From contig NC_087438.1 of NCBI RefSeq assembly GCF_036321535.1, positions 109,678,001 through 109,742,000 on the forward strand: a DNA stretch of 64,000 nucleotides, given 5' to 3'. Shown here piece by piece: positions 13,462-25,425 of the stretch. Both the position numbers and the translations under genes were made by a program. Position 1 is the stretch's first letter. Each line of letters opens with the position of its first letter. This stretch comes from Camelus dromedarius. Lineage: Eukaryota. Under the pieces are notes generated by a model, which was not told the DNA's origin, ran no database searches, and saw nothing but the letters and a program-made list of their open reading frames with translations.

Positions 13462-13729
13462 GTGACATAATTTGATTTTAGAACTAAGTTATTAGTCACT
13501 TTGCAAATACTTCTTAGAGTGACTGTTCTGTGCCAGGCGCTGTGGAGGACAGAAGAAAATATAAACTTAATCCCAAAGGGATTACAAAGTGTGTACAATT
13601 TATGGTTCATTTCTATTGTTTGTTGAATAATGTGTGTATATATTGACTATTATAGATCTACATAGGTAGATGGAGAGTGTACTCTCTTTAAAGGGACTTT
13701 GTCAAATAAATTAAAAAAAAATAATTTAA

Positions 13730-13854
13730 GGGGGAGGATATAGCTCAGTGGTGGAGCACATGCTTAGCATGCACAAGGTCCTGGGTTCAATCTCTAGTAC
13801 CTCCACTAAAAACAAACAAATCTAGTCACCTCCCTCCCCTGAAGATAAGTAAAT
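13730..13854 (+). mobile_element. camelid tRNA-Ala-derived SINE (Vic-1 type), copy 1
   Basis: ggggaggatatagctcagtggtggagcacatgcttagcatgcac..ggtcctgggttcaatc with Pol III A and B boxes and A-rich tail; TSD-like aaa(g/a)ggactttgt at 13690-13702 and 13855-13867. Confidence 0.9.
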
Positions 13855-13879
13855 AAAAGGACTTTGTTGTGACAAACTG

Positions 13880-14333
13880 GTTTACATATGAATAAGTATT
13901 TCCTAGTGCATCCTTCTTTTTTGGGAAGACTTCTCTCCTGCTCCATGTGGTTCTGATGGGGTAGCTGATAACAGATCCCACTTTCCTGGCCACAGGAAAA
14001 GGCATATAATTTCCCTGGAATTTTTTGAATTGAAGATGGAGATGGAGGAACTAAAGATCTTGCCGCATGTGTCATGCGTTGGAGGAACTGATCCCAGAAA
14101 CAGTATCCCTGAGCAGACTATGAGGACAACTCATTGACCGAAGTTGAGATGAAATCTTGTGTTGAACAGAGACTGACTCTAATGCTGTGTGAGCTCCAGG
14201 ATTCTGACTAGTCTGGGGCTGGGACCACCTGTGTGCCTCCAGATGCGCCAGCCAATGTGTTCCTTTTCTTTTTTCTTTAAACTAATTTCAGCTGGTTTCT
14301 GTCTCTTCCAATAGAAAGAACTCTCATTAATAT
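13880..14333 (+). mobile_element. old MLT1 (K/L-like) LTR
   Basis: ctccatgtggttctgatggg near the 5' end; 3' end cagctggtttctgtctcttccaatagaaagaactctcattaatata. Confidence 0.6.
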
Positions 14334-14361
14334 AACAAACCTTATTTTTGTCAACAAAAAT

Positions 14362-14600
14362 TATCACATGCTGATAGCCACTAACATTTATTGAAAGCCT
14401 TACGTACGTAATCTGATGGAGACTTTATAACAATCCCACCACACTGGCATACTTATTAGTATCATGCCCAGTTTACAGAGGAAGAGAGTGAGGTGTGGCC
14501 AAGACAGGTCCCTTGCCCAAGGTCACACAGTTTGTAAGTGGCAGACGGGAGTAATACCCAGGCAGCCCAGCACCCGGGCTCACATCCTTAGTGCTGTTCC
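14362..14600 (-). mobile_element. MIR SINE
   Basis: ctaacatttattga; cccagtttacagaggaagagagtgagg; cttgcccaaggtcacacagtttgtaagtggcaga. Confidence 0.8.
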
Positions 14601-15409
14601 ACGTGAGCACGAGCCTTAGCATCAGGGTTTATAGAGTGTTTTCTGTTTTTGATTTCTCTACCTGAAATGATCTTCAAAGGATGACAAAATAATTCATAGC
14701 TGTTTTGCCGAAGTCCATATAATTCCTTCCTCTTTGCAGAAGTGTGATGCTCTTTTTCATTTTTTAAGACTCTAGAAGGAACACTTGGCTATTTGGTATA
14801 ACTCTAGAACTTTTTCTTAGAAGCATTGAGTTTGGGATGGTGAGACATTGTGTTAAGAATCTTGGATGAATGAAGGAATGTTTTCATCTGGAGAAAACCC
14901 CTGCTTTTTTCTGTTGTGTTGTCCCATGTCCCATGTTATGTTTTTTTATTTTAATGCTTTCCCTCCTTTTGAATGTCAGGCCAGCTTGGAGATAGCCAGG
15001 GGTCTTCCTGGTGAACTGGCCACAGGGCAGGGACACACAGTGGCTGAGTGGACTTTAGGGGTGCTGCGGTCAATGAAGGCAGCCATGGGCTCTCTCCAGT
15101 GGAGCATGAAGCTGAAGGGAAGTCTTGGGAGGCAGCCACTCACGCAGACGTGGGCAGCATAGGGGCTGAGGCTGCAAGTAGGGCTGTCATTATGCTAATG
15201 GCATCCGTGGAGCCAGAGTTGGTGACCCCTCGGGGGAAGCAAGAACGCTGGACGGTCCATTTGAAGTCTTTGCACTATCAATTTGAAGACGTGTGACACC
15301 TGTACTTGGCACTACCTAGTTGATTTTACTTTGCGCTCACGTAGAGGGCATTGCTCCATTAATGTCCAAAGACCTTGCAGACCTAACAGAAGTTTAAGGA
15401 GAGGCAGTA

Positions 15410-15670
15410 CATTAGAGGTGGCTGTCGAGGGCTGAGGTTCAGATTGTGGACTCAGGAGACTTACTACCTGGATCTGAATCTCAGCCTTTGGCCTCCTTAG
15501 CTGTGTGAGTTCAAGCAAGTGACTTCACCTCTCTGCTTCCCTTTCCTCATCTCTAAAGTGGAGGGGAGAATAGTAACCCCCACGGAGGGTCATTCAGTGC
15601 ACAGAATGAATTAGTACATATACAACGCTTAGTTCATACTCGACGCTTTTAACACGCTCCATAAATGGTA
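15410..15670 (+). mobile_element. MIR SINE
   Basis: agctgtgtgagttcaagcaagtgacttcacctctctgcttccctttcctcatctctaaagtgg. Confidence 0.75.
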
Positions 15671-16230
15671 GAGAGAAGGCTTTGGAGGTGTTTGCAGGGA
15701 AAACAGCAGTCCTGAGTGAGTCTTCATTAAGCGCTTAGCAGCCAGATGACCTTGGACAAGTCATACGTTCTTTCTGCCTTTGAATGAAGTGTTATCACCT
15801 GAGAAAGCCCCTTGAGTGAAGTCTGGCGCATCAGAGGTGCTTAGTAAACGGCACTTTCTTTCCCGCCGGGCCTCAGTTTTCCCATCTGTAAAGTGAAGGT
15901 AATTGAGGTCTTTTCTGTCTGTAACTGCTTAAGGATTTAAGTCTGGTATCAGAGATCCTGATTAAAAAGGGTCTCCTTTTGGGACTGGTGTGATGAACCA
16001 AAGCCGCAGGGTGAATAGGGCTCTCTCAGGGTTAAGGATCGTCACCCAAGAGAATTGCTGTCCACTGTCTCCCATGGAAGAGGTCAGGGTTCTGAGGGGA
16101 TGGGTGCAGGGAGGAGGCAGCACAGAGAGGTGGTCATGGGCTCCAAACCACTTTGCCACTAATTAGCTGTGTGGTCTTAAATTTCCCGGCCTTCAGTTTC
16201 TGCAGCTGGAAAAAAACAAGAAGGCCCCTT

Positions 16231-16474
16231 ACTCTTTTTTTAGTTGAAGTATAGTTGACTGACAATGTAAGTTTCAGGGGTATAGCAAAGCAACTGAGTT
16301 ATACATATATATATATATACACACATATATATTTTTTCTTTTCAGATTCTTTTCCATTATATGTTATTACAAGAAATTGAATAGAGTTCTCTGTGCTGTA
16401 CAGCAGGTTCTTGTTGTTTATTTATTTTATGTATAGTGCTGTGTATCTGTTAATCCCAAACTCCTAGTTTACAT
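16231..16474 (-). mobile_element. 5'-truncated artiodactyl-type L1 3' end
   Basis: T-tail then gttgaagtatagttgactgacaatg; internal (TA)n; TSD aaga(a/g)ggcccctt at 16218-16230 and 16475-16487 (1 mismatch). Confidence 0.9.
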
Positions 16475-18254
16475 AAGAGGGCCCCTTTTGAGCAGTCTAA
16501 GGACTGGAGGGTGATACGGCACTGAGGCAGAGATCCGGGAAATTCAGGAGAAGATGGAGGTTAGGGATGCAGGGGTGCTTCTGATAAACCTCATCCACCT
16601 CATAGGCCTCTCAATGTGGAAGATCGATGGTACAAGTGCTATCATTTCCCCAGTTCTATTAAGAGGAAGGCGAGAGAGTGAGACTCCTGCTTGCAAGGTT
16701 CCGCCGTGAGACAGCAGCAAAGTTGGGTCTTAAGCCCAGTTTGCTGACTCCCAGCTCTTTCTCCAGAAGACTGGGTTAAGCCTCAGGGTAGCTGGATACT
16801 GATATCAATTCTGCCAGAAATGGGGCCTTATGAGCTGGGGACAGCTTGTTGGCCTCGCCAAGCCTCAGTTTTCTCGTCTGCAAAATGAGGGATTATCATG
16901 AGATTGTCTCAAAGGTCCTTTTCAGCTCAGAAGTCCTAGACACCTCTTTCTGCCCATCAGACTCACCTTCGCTGCCTTCCAAGGAGCAAAGTTGAACTTG
17001 ACAATGTCCCCGTAGGGTCCCCTTGTACTTGTATCTTTCTCGAAGACAATGTGTGAAAATTGATTTTATTGCTGGGTAGGGAAGTTAGTTATAGAAGCCA
17101 ACTCCTTCGGTGCCCTAATTCCACTTTAGGAAGAACGAACATATTGTTTTAATTAATCATATGAAAGCTAAATTAGCATGATTGTGTGAAAGGTGTTGTA
17201 AATCATCTCGATCCACATCATTAAGCAAAGAGCACTTAGTTATTCCGGAGCTGTTAAAGATTTTATCTACCCAAGTGAAAATTCAATTAGTAATAGCTTC
17301 AGCTTCTATGAAACTAAGGATTTTCCACTGTGGGAAAATACTCTGTGTGTGTGAATACCACCTTATGCCACTTTGATAAATTACTGTAATTAACTGTATC
17401 CTACGCAAGCTAAACAAAATTTACTGAACTGTTGTTGTATGAAAGGGATATCTTCTCTTCTCTTGTTGGGGAGATTACTCTAATCTCTACATGATGTTGC
17501 CTCAAATATCATGCTTTTTATGCTGTGCTTTGAAAATATCTGCAGTATTGTAGCTGGCACCAGGAAGACACAGTTGGTTTCCATCACACTCCGCCTTCCC
17601 CCCTCCGGGTGTAGAGACATCAGCTCTGGGCTTCACTATGATTCAATTAAATGTGCTATGTTTAATTAGCTAGCTGGGGAAACACTGCAAGCAGAACCAA
17701 CTTAGAACATCCTGATAGCTTAGCCAAAGGGCTGAGTTATTTCAGGAAGGGCAGATGAGGGTGGAAGAGGCAAGGAGGAGAGGACAAGGAGATTGCTCAC
17801 TGCTCTCTGGCACCAACTCTCTGCTTCGGCTACATGTCCCTCCTTTTCTTGCTTACCTGGCTCTGTCCTGCCCCTCCCCTCCCACCCACATCTTACCTGT
17901 ACTTTAAGGCCAACCCCTTCCTCTTTTCTGAAGCCTTCCAAAGAGATTTGTAGGTGCATTTTGCTTGTAAATGTTTGCTGGGCCTGCCAGGTTCTCTCCC
18001 CTGATTTATCACTGTAGCTCTTTAAGGGTTCTCTAACCTTTTCTCCTTCCATTCCCTCTGAGGGGGTCTAGTTCTCAATGAGAAAATGCCATGGAAGTTG
18101 GCAAGGTTTCTACTGGAGCGGTCCAGCTTCATCCTGAACTTCATCATACCAACTGTCCAACTCTCCACTCTCTGTGGGCAAAACTCTTGAACAAGGTCAC
18201 TCAGAACCAACTTGTCTAGTGTGCTGTGGTCATTTTTGGAGGATTTCTCAAGTC

Positions 18255-18495
18255 ATTTTTAGCGGCATGATGGCTGCTGTTATTAGCAAACACTTCCAGA
18301 ATGCGTGCTGTGTGCCAAGCCTGCTGCAAAGAGCTTTGTACATGTTATCATTACTGGGACCCTATGAGATGGGTGTTGGTATCCCCAGTTTACAAAAACT
18401 GAGGCTGAGAGAGGTAAGCCAATTTGCTAAGGGTCACATAGCTAGAAAGGATTAGAACCAATATTTGAAGCCGTGTTCTTTCACTAAAGGCTGTG
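18255..18495 (-). mobile_element. MIR SINE
   Basis: ccccagtttacaaaaactgaggctgagagaggtaagccaatttgctaagggtcacatagctagaa. Confidence 0.8.
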
Positions 18496-19057
18496 TCCTA
18501 GCCACTGCGCACAACCACTTCCCACGCTAATAACTATGAACATATCGAGGGATTCCATTGATTACTTGCTCACCTTCTGGTGTCTCTGTGCTGTAGGGTG
18601 CTTCCCTGGCCAGGTGAGAAAGTCCTGTCAGTTAGTGACTGGGAGCTGTGTGTGACCCTGAGGGTCTCCGTGGAGGGGTGCTGTGCATGCGAGTGTCATC
18701 CATCACCTGTGTCACAGGGGGGACACTTGGGGGAGGGGCATCCATTCTAGGCAGGATGGATGAGATAAGAAACACATCTCTTAGAAACCAAGGTTATACC
18801 TGAGAACTAAGGGAAAGGAAGCATTGAGACATGGTAAATGTGGGAGGGAAAAGTATTGGCAGAGGAAAGAGGTCCCGGGCAGGGAAGAACTTGTGTGTTT
18901 AAGGAACTAATATGAAACTAGCTGGAGAGGGGCTCCAGGTGAATTTAGAGAGTCAGGAGCCAGGTTTTATCAGGCTTTCAGGATGGTGATATCTGTACCA
19001 TTAGATTGTAAGAAAACATTTCACATTAGAGTAATGCATGTAAGCCTTCATAGTGTG

Positions 19058-19387
19058 TATTTTTTTAAAATTTTTTAATATATTTTTATTGACATACAGT
19101 CAGTTTACAATGTTGTATCGATTTCTGGTGCACAGCACAGTGCTTCAGTCATACAGGAACATACATGTATTCGTTTTCGCCTTCTATTTCACCATAAGTT
19201 ACTAAAAGATATTGAATATAGTTCCCTGCACTATATAGCATAAACTTGTTTATCTATTTTATGTATATCAGTTAGTATCTGCAAATCTAGAATTCTCAGT
19301 TTATCCCTTCCCACCCTCTTCCCCACCCCGATAACCATAAATTTGTTTTCTATGTCTGTGAGTCTGTTTCTGTTTTGTAAATAAGTT
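19058..19387 (-). mobile_element. 5'-truncated camelid-type L1 3' end
   Basis: tttttattgacatacagtcagtttacaatgttgt...cataaatttgttttctatgtctgtgagtctgtttc; no TSD recognised. Confidence 0.85.
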
Positions 19388-20306
19388 GATACCCCTGTTC
19401 GTTGTGATGCAAACCCCGTTAGTATTGTCTCCAGTTTATAGATGAGGAAACCAGAGAGGTTAAATGACACCTCTGAAGTTCCACTGTAAATCAGCATCTG
19501 GACAGGGAGTGGGGACCTAAGTCTACAATATGCCTTTGCTCTCTTTGCCATTTTGCGTGTGTGTCTCCAAATGAAACTTTGGGTACTTTATTGGTCTCTT
19601 TCCAGAAGGTTTATATGTACCCACTATCCAGTGTCCTTCCATAGCCAACTGGCTGTGTTTAGGGGATTGCAAGGGGCGTGAGGGAGAGAAGAGAGCTAAG
19701 TAAACCCAGCTTCCTTAAAACTGAAGGAATTATTACCTGGTTGTTCTTTAAAACGGCCGATGGGCAGTATCAAGCTGGAAACCCAACAAGATTTCTAATT
19801 TGTCAACAGAACACAGCACAGCCCTGAGGGGCAGCCCTGAGGGAAGAGGATTTTAAATGGAAAGAAAGAACCCTGCAGAACTGAAGGACAAAAGGAGGTT
19901 GCTCTGCCTGTTTGCAGCAAAACAAAATGAACTTAGGGCTTTGTTTCAGGAATGCCAGGGAGTTACAAACTCTCAGGGTGGAAAAGAATTTTAGAATTTG
20001 CTCTGTCTCCCACACCCTGTGGTGGCTGAGTCACCACCTCATGACCACCAAACCTCAATGTAACAGCTCCAAGGTTGGGCAACCACTGCCTCTGGAAGCA
20101 GTTTGTTCCAACAGCAGTTCACTTGATCAGCAAATAGTAATTAAGCACCAAGTAGCAACTGAGCTCCTGGCAAGCCCTGGGCTAAGTGCTGGGTGCAGTG
20201 AAATGACTGAAATCAACTTGGTCCCTGCCTTGGTGGCACCTACAGTCTGGTGGGAGTTACAGACATGAAACAATTAACTGATAAAATAATTATAACTTAC
20301 GATGTC

Positions 20307-20716
20307 TGTTATGGATTGAATTATCTTCCCTGAAATGCTTACATTGAAATTCTAACCCTTGTGACCTGATTTGGAGACAGGGTCCTCACAGAGGTAATCA
20401 GGTTAAACTGAGGTCATTGGAGTGGTCCCTAATTCAACATGAATGGTAGGCATAAGGATAAAAAAGGGAAATCAGGACACAGAGGAATGTGTAGAGGGAA
20501 GACAGTGTGAAGACACTTAGGAAGAAGATGGTCATCTAGAAGCCGAGGAGAGAGGCTCAGAAGAGGGCCTCCCCTCACGGTTCCTGGAAGGAAGCGAGCC
20601 TGCTCTCCCCTTGGTCTCGGACTTCTGGCCCCCACAACTGGGAGATGACACCTTTGTGTTGTTGAGTCCTCCTGGTCTGTGGCGCTTTGTCGTGGCAGCC
20701 CTAGCAGATGCTTACA
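20307..20716 (+). mobile_element. MLT1B/C-like MaLR solo LTR nested in an L2
   Basis: TG...CA ends (tgttatgg...cttaca); 5-bp TSD atgtc/gtgtc; L2-like sequence on both flanks. Confidence 0.85.
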
Positions 20717-20849
20717 GTGTCATAAAAGACAAGTGTGCCGTGAGGGAGAGTCTTGGGATTGGGGCAGGGACGTGTAGTTCAGATTTGGGGGTTCACGCAG
20801 GCCTCCCGGAGGAAGTGACATGTGATCTGAAGCCTGGCGTGGCGCCCTT

Positions 20850-21365
20850 GCCTCTCTCATCCCCTCTCTCACGACATCGCCTCCCTGCATTCCAGTCACA
20901 CCAGTCCCCTTGCTCTTCTTTGAACATACCAGAGACGATCCCACCCAGGGCCTTTGCTCTAGCCGTTCCCGCTGCCTGGACAGCACTGCCCCCAGATATT
21001 CCCTGATTTCCTCACCTCCCTCGAGTATTGGCTCAAGTATCAACTTCTCAGTGAGCCCTGCCATCTCCGTGTCCACCCTACTTCAAATGGCTGCTTGGCT
21101 CTTACCACCCTCACCTCTTGCCCCAGAACTCCTGATCCAACTTTCTTTTTATTCCAGAGCACTCATCACCTAGCGTACTACATCACTGATTTATTGTGTT
21201 CATTGTTTACAGTGTTTACCTCTGGCTAGGATTCAAGTTCCGCAGGGGCAGTGATTGCTGCCTGTTTTGTTCCCTGCTGTACCCCAAGCACCCAGAACAG
21301 TGCCTGACGTGGCCTGGGCCTGGAACAGTACACAGCTGTTGAATGAATATCTGAATAAGGCCTGT
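20850..21365 (+). mobile_element. L2 3' portion
   Basis: cccagggcctttgctctagccgttcccgctgcctggacag; ends cagaacagtgcctgac...gttgaatgaat. Confidence 0.8.
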
Positions 21366-21586
21366 GGGGAGTCAGGAAGGGCGTTTGAGGTGGAGGGATC
21401 TGCATGCACACTGACCTAGGCGCCAGAAAGAGCTCAGGGTGCTCATGGACCAGAAGGAAGGGTGGGTAGCCAAGGGGAGAACGATGGGAGAGGAGGCTGC
21501 AGAGCAGCCAGGATCCAGATCTTTGGATATCTCTGATTGTTAGGAATTTTTTCCCCTTATGCTGGAGCATGATCAGTCCCCTTTCT

Positions 21587-22000
21587 TTTTTTTTTTTTTA
21601 TTTTTTTTATTGAAGTATAATTGATTTACAGTGTTGTGTTTCTGATATACAGCATGGTGATTCAGTTATACACAAATGTTCTTTTTCATGGTCTTTTTCA
21701 TTATAGGCTATTACAAAATATCAAATACAGTTCCCTGTGCTATACAGTAGGACCTTGTTGGTTATCTATTTTGTTTGTACTAGTTTATATCTGCTAATTC
21801 GGAACTACTGATTTATCCCTCCCCACTTTCCCCTTTGGTAACCGTAAGTTTGTTTTCTATGTCCCTGGGTCTGTTTCTGTTTTGTAAATAAGTTCATTTG
21901 TGTCATTTCTTTAGATTCCACGTATAAGTGGTATCACATGATATTTGTCTTTCTCTGTCTGACTTACTTCACTTAGTATGATGATCTCTAGGTCCATCCC
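21587..22000 (-). mobile_element. L1 3' end, element A of a compound insertion
   Basis: T-tail then attgaagtataattgatttacagtgttg...ttcacttagtatgatgatctctaggtccatcc. Confidence 0.9.
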
Positions 22001-22015
22001 CCCAAAATGTTTGGG

Positions 22016-22256
22016 TTTTTTTTTTTTTTTAACATTTTTTATTGAGTTATAATCATTTTACAATGTTGTGTCAAATTCCAGTGTAGAGCACAGTTTTTCA
22101 GTTGTGCATGAACATCTATATATTCATTGTCACATTTTTTTTTCTGTGAGCTACCATAAGATCTTGTGTATATTTCCCTGTGCTATACAGTATAATCTTG
22201 TTTATCTGTTCTACAATTTTAAAATCCCATCTATCCCTTCCCACCCTCCGCCCCCT
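22016..22256 (-). mobile_element. L1 3' end of a different subfamily, element B of a compound insertion
   Basis: T-tail then aacatttttttattgagttataatcattttacaatg...ctatcccttcccaccctcc; shares the 17-bp TSD with element A. Confidence 0.9.
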
Positions 22257-22419
22257 TGATCAGTCCCCTTTCTGATACTCCTCCCGGTCTTAGTTCCCTA
22301 CCTTGAAGTAACATCAAGAAATCTTCCAACTTATGGTGGCCTGTTAGATATTTGAAGTTGGAAATCATGATCATTTTCTGCCCCTGAGTTTTCTTCAGTT
22401 GCTTTGGCGAGGGTGCCTT

Positions 22420-22800
22420 AAAAAAAAATAGAAAGAATCTTAATAAATACAAGTTTATTTCTTGTTCACATAAAGTTTAATTCAGTGTTTCTGACCGGTG
22501 AGAGGCTCGCCTCCAAGTAGTAATCCAGAGACCAGACTCCTTCCATCTTGTGGCTCTGCTTTCTTCAGCGACTGGCTTCCACGTTCAGTGTGGAAGGAGA
22601 AAGAGCGCAGAGGATTGCACATGGGAGATTTTTTAGGAGCCAAGCCTGGAGGAGTGTTACATCATTTCCACTCATACTCCACTGGCTAGAGCTCAGTCTG
22701 TGCCCACTCTGGCCACAGCAAGGACAGCTGCAAAATGCGGTCCGGCTGTGTGCCCCAGAAGAGGAACACGGTTTTGTGATCAGCCAGCAGTCTCTGAAAG
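22420..22800 (-). mobile_element. MLT1 (MaLR) LTR fragment
   Basis: aagtttatttcttgttcacat; ttccatcttgtggctctgc; ccactggctagagctcagtc; ggctgtgtgccccagaagagga. Confidence 0.7.
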
Positions 22801-23179
22801 ATGTGTCTGTTGAGTTAAGCCTCATCCTTCCTGGCCTGATTCCTTTCTAACAAAGGCAACTTTGGAAACTTCCCACCCTCTAGTCGTTCCCCTCTGCTTA
22901 TGTATTGATTTGTCAGCGTTTCTCTGAAAATGTCATTTCTGGAACTCAGCATGGTACCCAGGAGTGGTCTGAACTGGGCAGAAACTGATAGGTGAGGCTG
23001 TTGGAAGTTAGGCACTCCACTCTCAGCCCTCAGGACCCCAGGGGTGTCAGTGGGCCCTTTCCTCTCCACTCCTTTTGCCTCTTTGCCTGCTCAGAGAGGT
23101 TTCTTGGAACCTTTTCCAGAAAGGGACATCTCCCTTCCGCCCATGTCCCCACCACTCACACGTATTTAGAGGTGATGCA

Positions 23180-23450
23180 TTGCACTGCTTACAGCATGGG
23201 CTTCAGAATCAGATAGACCTGGGTTGGACTTCTGCCTCCCTTTCTTCATAGCTATATGACTTGCAGCAAGTATCTTAAATTCTTTAAACCACAGTTTCCT
23301 CCTCTGTAAAATGGAGGTGGTGATGATGATCATGATGGTACTGGTGGTGGTGGTGGTAGTGAAGGTAAAGGATTTCTGTAAAGAGTCAATGAGATAACTG
23401 ACTTAAAATGCTTAACATAGAGCCTGGGACATGGTCAGGGGCTCATGAGG
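23180..23450 (+). mobile_element. MIR SINE with an internal (GGT/GAT)n expansion
   Basis: cagatagacctgggttgg...cacagtttcctcctctgtaaaatggagg; triplet-rich tract at about 23315-23365. Confidence 0.8.
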
Positions 23451-24536
23451 TCAGTGGGGACAAATCAAGATGACGGAAATTAACAACTTTCTCCTCCAGC
23501 CAAACAGACTTCTGCAATATTTTTCAAATAGTTCTTGTTTCCTCCTTCCATACGTTCCTGATTTTCCATCACCCATGCTGTCTTCTGTCTCCTTTCTGTC
23601 AATCCAGCTCCTCCTTAGATTTCTAACTTTCTGTCTTCCTAACTCAAAACTACACAGCTGCTGTACCTTGTCCCTGTTGAGAAATGAACGACAAGAGTAG
23701 ACACGGGAGATTTAGGGGAAAATATATGGCGCAGGCTTTGCCTGAACCCCTTTCTCCTCCCACCTAGGAGCTATGGAAATGTTTCATTCATGAGGCTGAG
23801 CCAGGGCTTCCCAACCCTTCTCCATGGAAAACTCAAGACTCCCTCTGTTTTCTGAGAGAACAGCCAGCACAGACAATTTTACGGTCTGCCAGGCTGTTGC
23901 AGAGTATATTTGGCGAGTCATTTTCTGTTTTCCAAAACTAATTAGAAGTGGATAAATTTAAATGGTTGTGGAAGCCAACAATAAAACATTATGTCCTCAT
24001 TAGCTGGAATAATGCTGTGGCTTCCCCTCTTATAGGAAGGATCCTGACTCAGAAAAATTAGGTTCTGGCTGAGTGATGTGCTGAAGCTGGTACCTGCTTG
24101 TGCCTGCTCGTGTGATCCAATTGCACACATCCCTTCCCAGCTCTCCGTTCAGTGACATCACCTTGGTGGCTTTGAAACTGGCCCTGGTGGAAGAATTTAC
24201 TCCATGGAAATTGGCAAGTGTTACAGATCAGGGCTCCACCCCAAGCTGGTGGTTAAACATATACCCACACACCACAGCTCTGGCTGTTGTAGAGGGACCA
24301 GGTCCAGCTATCTCTGAGGCTTATGCATCTAAACCATGAAGTGCCAGGCATTATTTTGATTAATAAAGTGCCTTTGGAAATAGCTTTTCTCCTCTTGGGC
24401 CTAAGGCTTCTGTGAGTGTCTGACAGAGCACTTTGCTTTGGGGGAAGAGGCTGGACTTTGGTAGCAGAGGCTGGGGATGATGGTTTCCATAGCAACCTGG
24501 CCAGGGAGTGGGGCTGGGGAGGCATTTTTAGACAAG

Positions 24537-24720
24537 CACTTCTCAAATTGTGATGTGTGGGTGAATCACCCAGACATCTTGTTGAAATGCAGATTCTGAT
24601 TCAGTAGGTCTGGGCTGGTCCTGAGATCCTTCATTTCTAATAAGCTCCCAGGTGGTGTTTGTGCTGCCAGATGCCATTCCATGAGTAACAATCTTGACCA
24701 TGGACAGCAGAATCTGAAAC
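24537..24720. mobile_element. MER5A-like hAT MITE
   Basis: gaatcacccagacatcttgttgaaatgcagattctgattcagtaggtctggg...aataagctcccaggtg. Confidence 0.8.
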
Positions 24721-25179
24721 TTTGAGAAGACTCAGCAAGTGTTAAGTCCACCAAAACCCAAGGACTGGTACTTCAACTCCAGCCTCAGACTTGCCAGTGT
24801 AGAGGGAGAAAGGATGTCTTAACTGTCGAATCACCAGCACAAATTACACAGAGCTGGATTTAATCATCTGTGCTAAATAGTATGACTTCAGCAAATTGCT
24901 AACCATTCCTAAGTCTCAGTTTTCCAAGCTATAAAATGGGGCTATCACTTCATGGGAGGGTTGTAAAGACTAAAGGGGAGAAAGCAGGAAAAGTGTTTAG
25001 TGCAGTTGTTCGTAGGCAGGACGTGTTCCCCAAATGTAAACTGCCCTCCTGTCTCTGGTTTCCCTATTTGTCTCAAGCCTAAGATCAAACAACCTTTTCT
25101 GACAAACCACCTTTTTAACCCAAAATACCAATTTTTTAAATTATGAAAATTAAAAATTGCTGTTGCATAGTTGTAAAAT

Positions 25180-25425
25180 GTTATTTTAATTATAAAAAAG
25201 AAAATAAAGGCACCCATGTTCCCCCTACCTAGTGCACACGGTTGACATTTTGGTATATTTTCTGCCAGGCTTTTTATATGTATTTTATTTTACAACAAAA
25301 ATGGGTTCATATTCAATGCATCGTTTTCTAACCTGCTTTTCAATTTAAAAATATACCTGTGGTAGGTTTTCATGTCTTTAGGCAGGGATCACTGTTGTTA
25401 TTTTAATGGCTGTACATTTCAAGCA
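25180..25425 (-). mobile_element. L1ME4-like 3' fragment
   Basis: ggttgacattttggtatatttc; caaaaatgggttcatatt; ctaacctgctttt. Confidence 0.5.

Noticed and set aside
13730-13805. tRNA-Ala(AGC)-like sequence (also at 29457, 50943 and 57857)
   Set aside because: Each copy has different substitutions, an extended GGGGAGG head and the same A-rich/C-tract tail; these are SINE heads, not tRNA genes
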